A DNA stretch of 6,794 bases from a virus (Duplodnaviria; Heunggongvirae; Uroviricota; Caudoviricetes), in IMG/VR virus record IMGVR_UViG_2713897190_000004; one strand, 5' to 3'. Under the pieces are notes generated by a model, which made no database searches, was not told the DNA's origin, and saw nothing but the letters and a program-made list of their open reading frames with translations. Positions 5,663 through 6,794 of this stretch are shown one piece after another. The position numbers and the translations under genes are program-made. Within the stretch, counting starts at the first letter, position 1; every line of letters starts with the position of its first letter.

Positions 5663-6794
5663 ACCCCGATCTCACAAAATCTCTATACCCAATTTATATT
5701 GCAAATTAGATAAGCGAACCGGAAAGGTATATTGGCAATACAAACATCCACTATCCGGTCGTTTTCATAGCTTAGGAACTGATGAGAATGAAGCAAAACA
5801 AGTTGCTACTGAAGCAAATACCATTATTGCTGAACAACGTACCCGACAAATATTAAGCGTCAATGAGCGTCTAGAAAGAATGAAAGGCAGGCGCTCAGAC
5901 ATTACGGTGACAGAATGGCTTGATAAATATATTTCTATCCAGGAGGACAGGCTGCAACATAATGAACTAAGACCCAACTCCTATCGGCAAAAAGGCAAAC
6001 CCATTCGTCTTTTCCGTGAGCATTGTGGAATGCAACACCTCAAGGATATTACCGCACTTGATATTGCCGAAATAATTGATGCTGTAAAGGCTGAAGGTCA
6101 TAACAGGATGGCGCAAGTCGTGAGAATGGTGTTGATCGACGTCTTCAAAGAAGCACAACACGCAGGACATGTTCCGCCAGGATTTAACCCAGCGCAGGCA
6201 ACAAAACAACCGCGAAATCGAGTAAACCGCCAAAGATTATCACTGCCCGAATGGCAGGCAATATTTGACAGCGTAAGCAGACGGCAGCCCTATTTAAAAT
6301 GCGGGATGCTACTTGCTCTTGTCACTGGACAACGTTTAGGCGATATCTGCAATTTGAAATTCTCTGATATCTGGGACGACATGTTGCACATTACTCAGGA
6401 AAAAACCGGTTCAAAACTTGCTATTCCGCTTAACCTGAAATGCGATGCTCTGAATATTACCCTTCGTGAAGTTATATCTCAGTGCAGGGATGCTGTTGTT
6501 AGTAAATATCTGGTCCATTACCGTCACACTACCTCTCAAGCAAACAGAGGAGACCAGGTGTCTGCAAATACTCTTACAACGGCTTTTAAAAAGGCCAGGG
6601 AAAAATGTGGCATAAAATGGGAGCCAGGAACTGCGCCCACATTTCATGAGCAGCGATCTCTGTCAGAACGGTTATATCGGGAACAGGGTCTGGATACGCA
6701 AAAGTTGTTAGGTCATAAATCCAGAAAAATGACCGACCGATACAATGATGATCGTGGTAAAGACTGGATTATCGTAGATATCAAAACAGCATAG
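5652..6794 (+). CDS. int: Tyrosine integrase, lambda Int family, full length 380 aa; divergent from lambda Int.
   Basis: Clear similarity to lambda and HK022 Int over the catalytic domain: LVTGQRLGDICNLKFSDI, KTGSKLAIPL, PTFHEQRSLSERLY, LLGHKSRKMTDRYNDDRGKDW. The catalytic R, K, H-x-x-R, H and Y positions are all present. The stop codon is the last 3 nt of the window. Confidence 0.95.
   Translation: MAARPRSHKISIPNLYCKLDKRTGKVYWQYKHPLSGRFHSLGTDENEAKQVATEANTIIAEQRTRQILSVNERLERMKGRRSDITVTEWLDKYISIQEDRLQHNELRPNSYRQKGKPIRLFREHCGMQHLKDITALDIAEIIDAVKAEGHNRMAQVVRMVLIDVFKEAQHAGHVPPGFNPAQATKQPRNRVNRQRLSLPEWQAIFDSVSRRQPYLKCGMLLALVTGQRLGDICNLKFSDIWDDMLHITQEKTGSKLAIPLNLKCDALNITLREVISQCRDAVVSKYLVHYRHTTSQANRGDQVSANTLTTAFKKAREKCGIKWEPGTAPTFHEQRSLSERLYREQGLDTQKLLGHKSRKMTDRYNDDRGKDWIIVDIKTA

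Noticed and set aside
389-6647. Twenty minus-strand ORFs of 61 to 148 aa from the ORF track (for example 953..1264, 3997..4443, 4731..5036, 5967..6233).
   Set aside because: Each lies entirely inside, and antisense to, a well-supported + strand gene with recognisable homology or good start context. None has a convincing SD or motif. They are treated as shadow ORFs.
1-6794. CRISPR arrays, tRNA or rRNA genes.
   Set aside because: No regularly spaced direct repeats, no cloverleaf-compatible segments, and no rRNA-like sequence were seen. The window is almost fully protein-coding on the + strand.

Overview
This window is the distal part of the leftward (pL) early operon of a lambdoid prophage, shown here on the + strand, ending in xis and int. 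It is not phage lambda itself: the integrase is lambda-family but divergent, and about 2.3 kb of accessory genes sit between the ea22-like gene and xis. Gene order on the + strand: a 3' fragment of bet (truncated), an intact lambda-type exo, orf60a/orf63/orf61-like small genes, a TraR/DksA-type zinc-finger gene, an Ea22-like gene, then five or six tightly coupled genes of unknown function, then xis and int. The left edge (1..~300, minus strand) carries the N-terminus of an HTH transposase-like protein that appears to have replaced the 5' part of bet and everything upstream of it. The most interesting region is the 2991..5286 accessory cassette: two tandem paralogous genes (one apparently frameshifted at a TA-dinucleotide tract), a small Cys-rich protein, an ASCH/PUA-like protein and a 79-aa orphan, all apparently translationally coupled. 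No tRNA, rRNA or CRISPR array was seen. All homology statements rest on my recollection of protein families, not on a database search.
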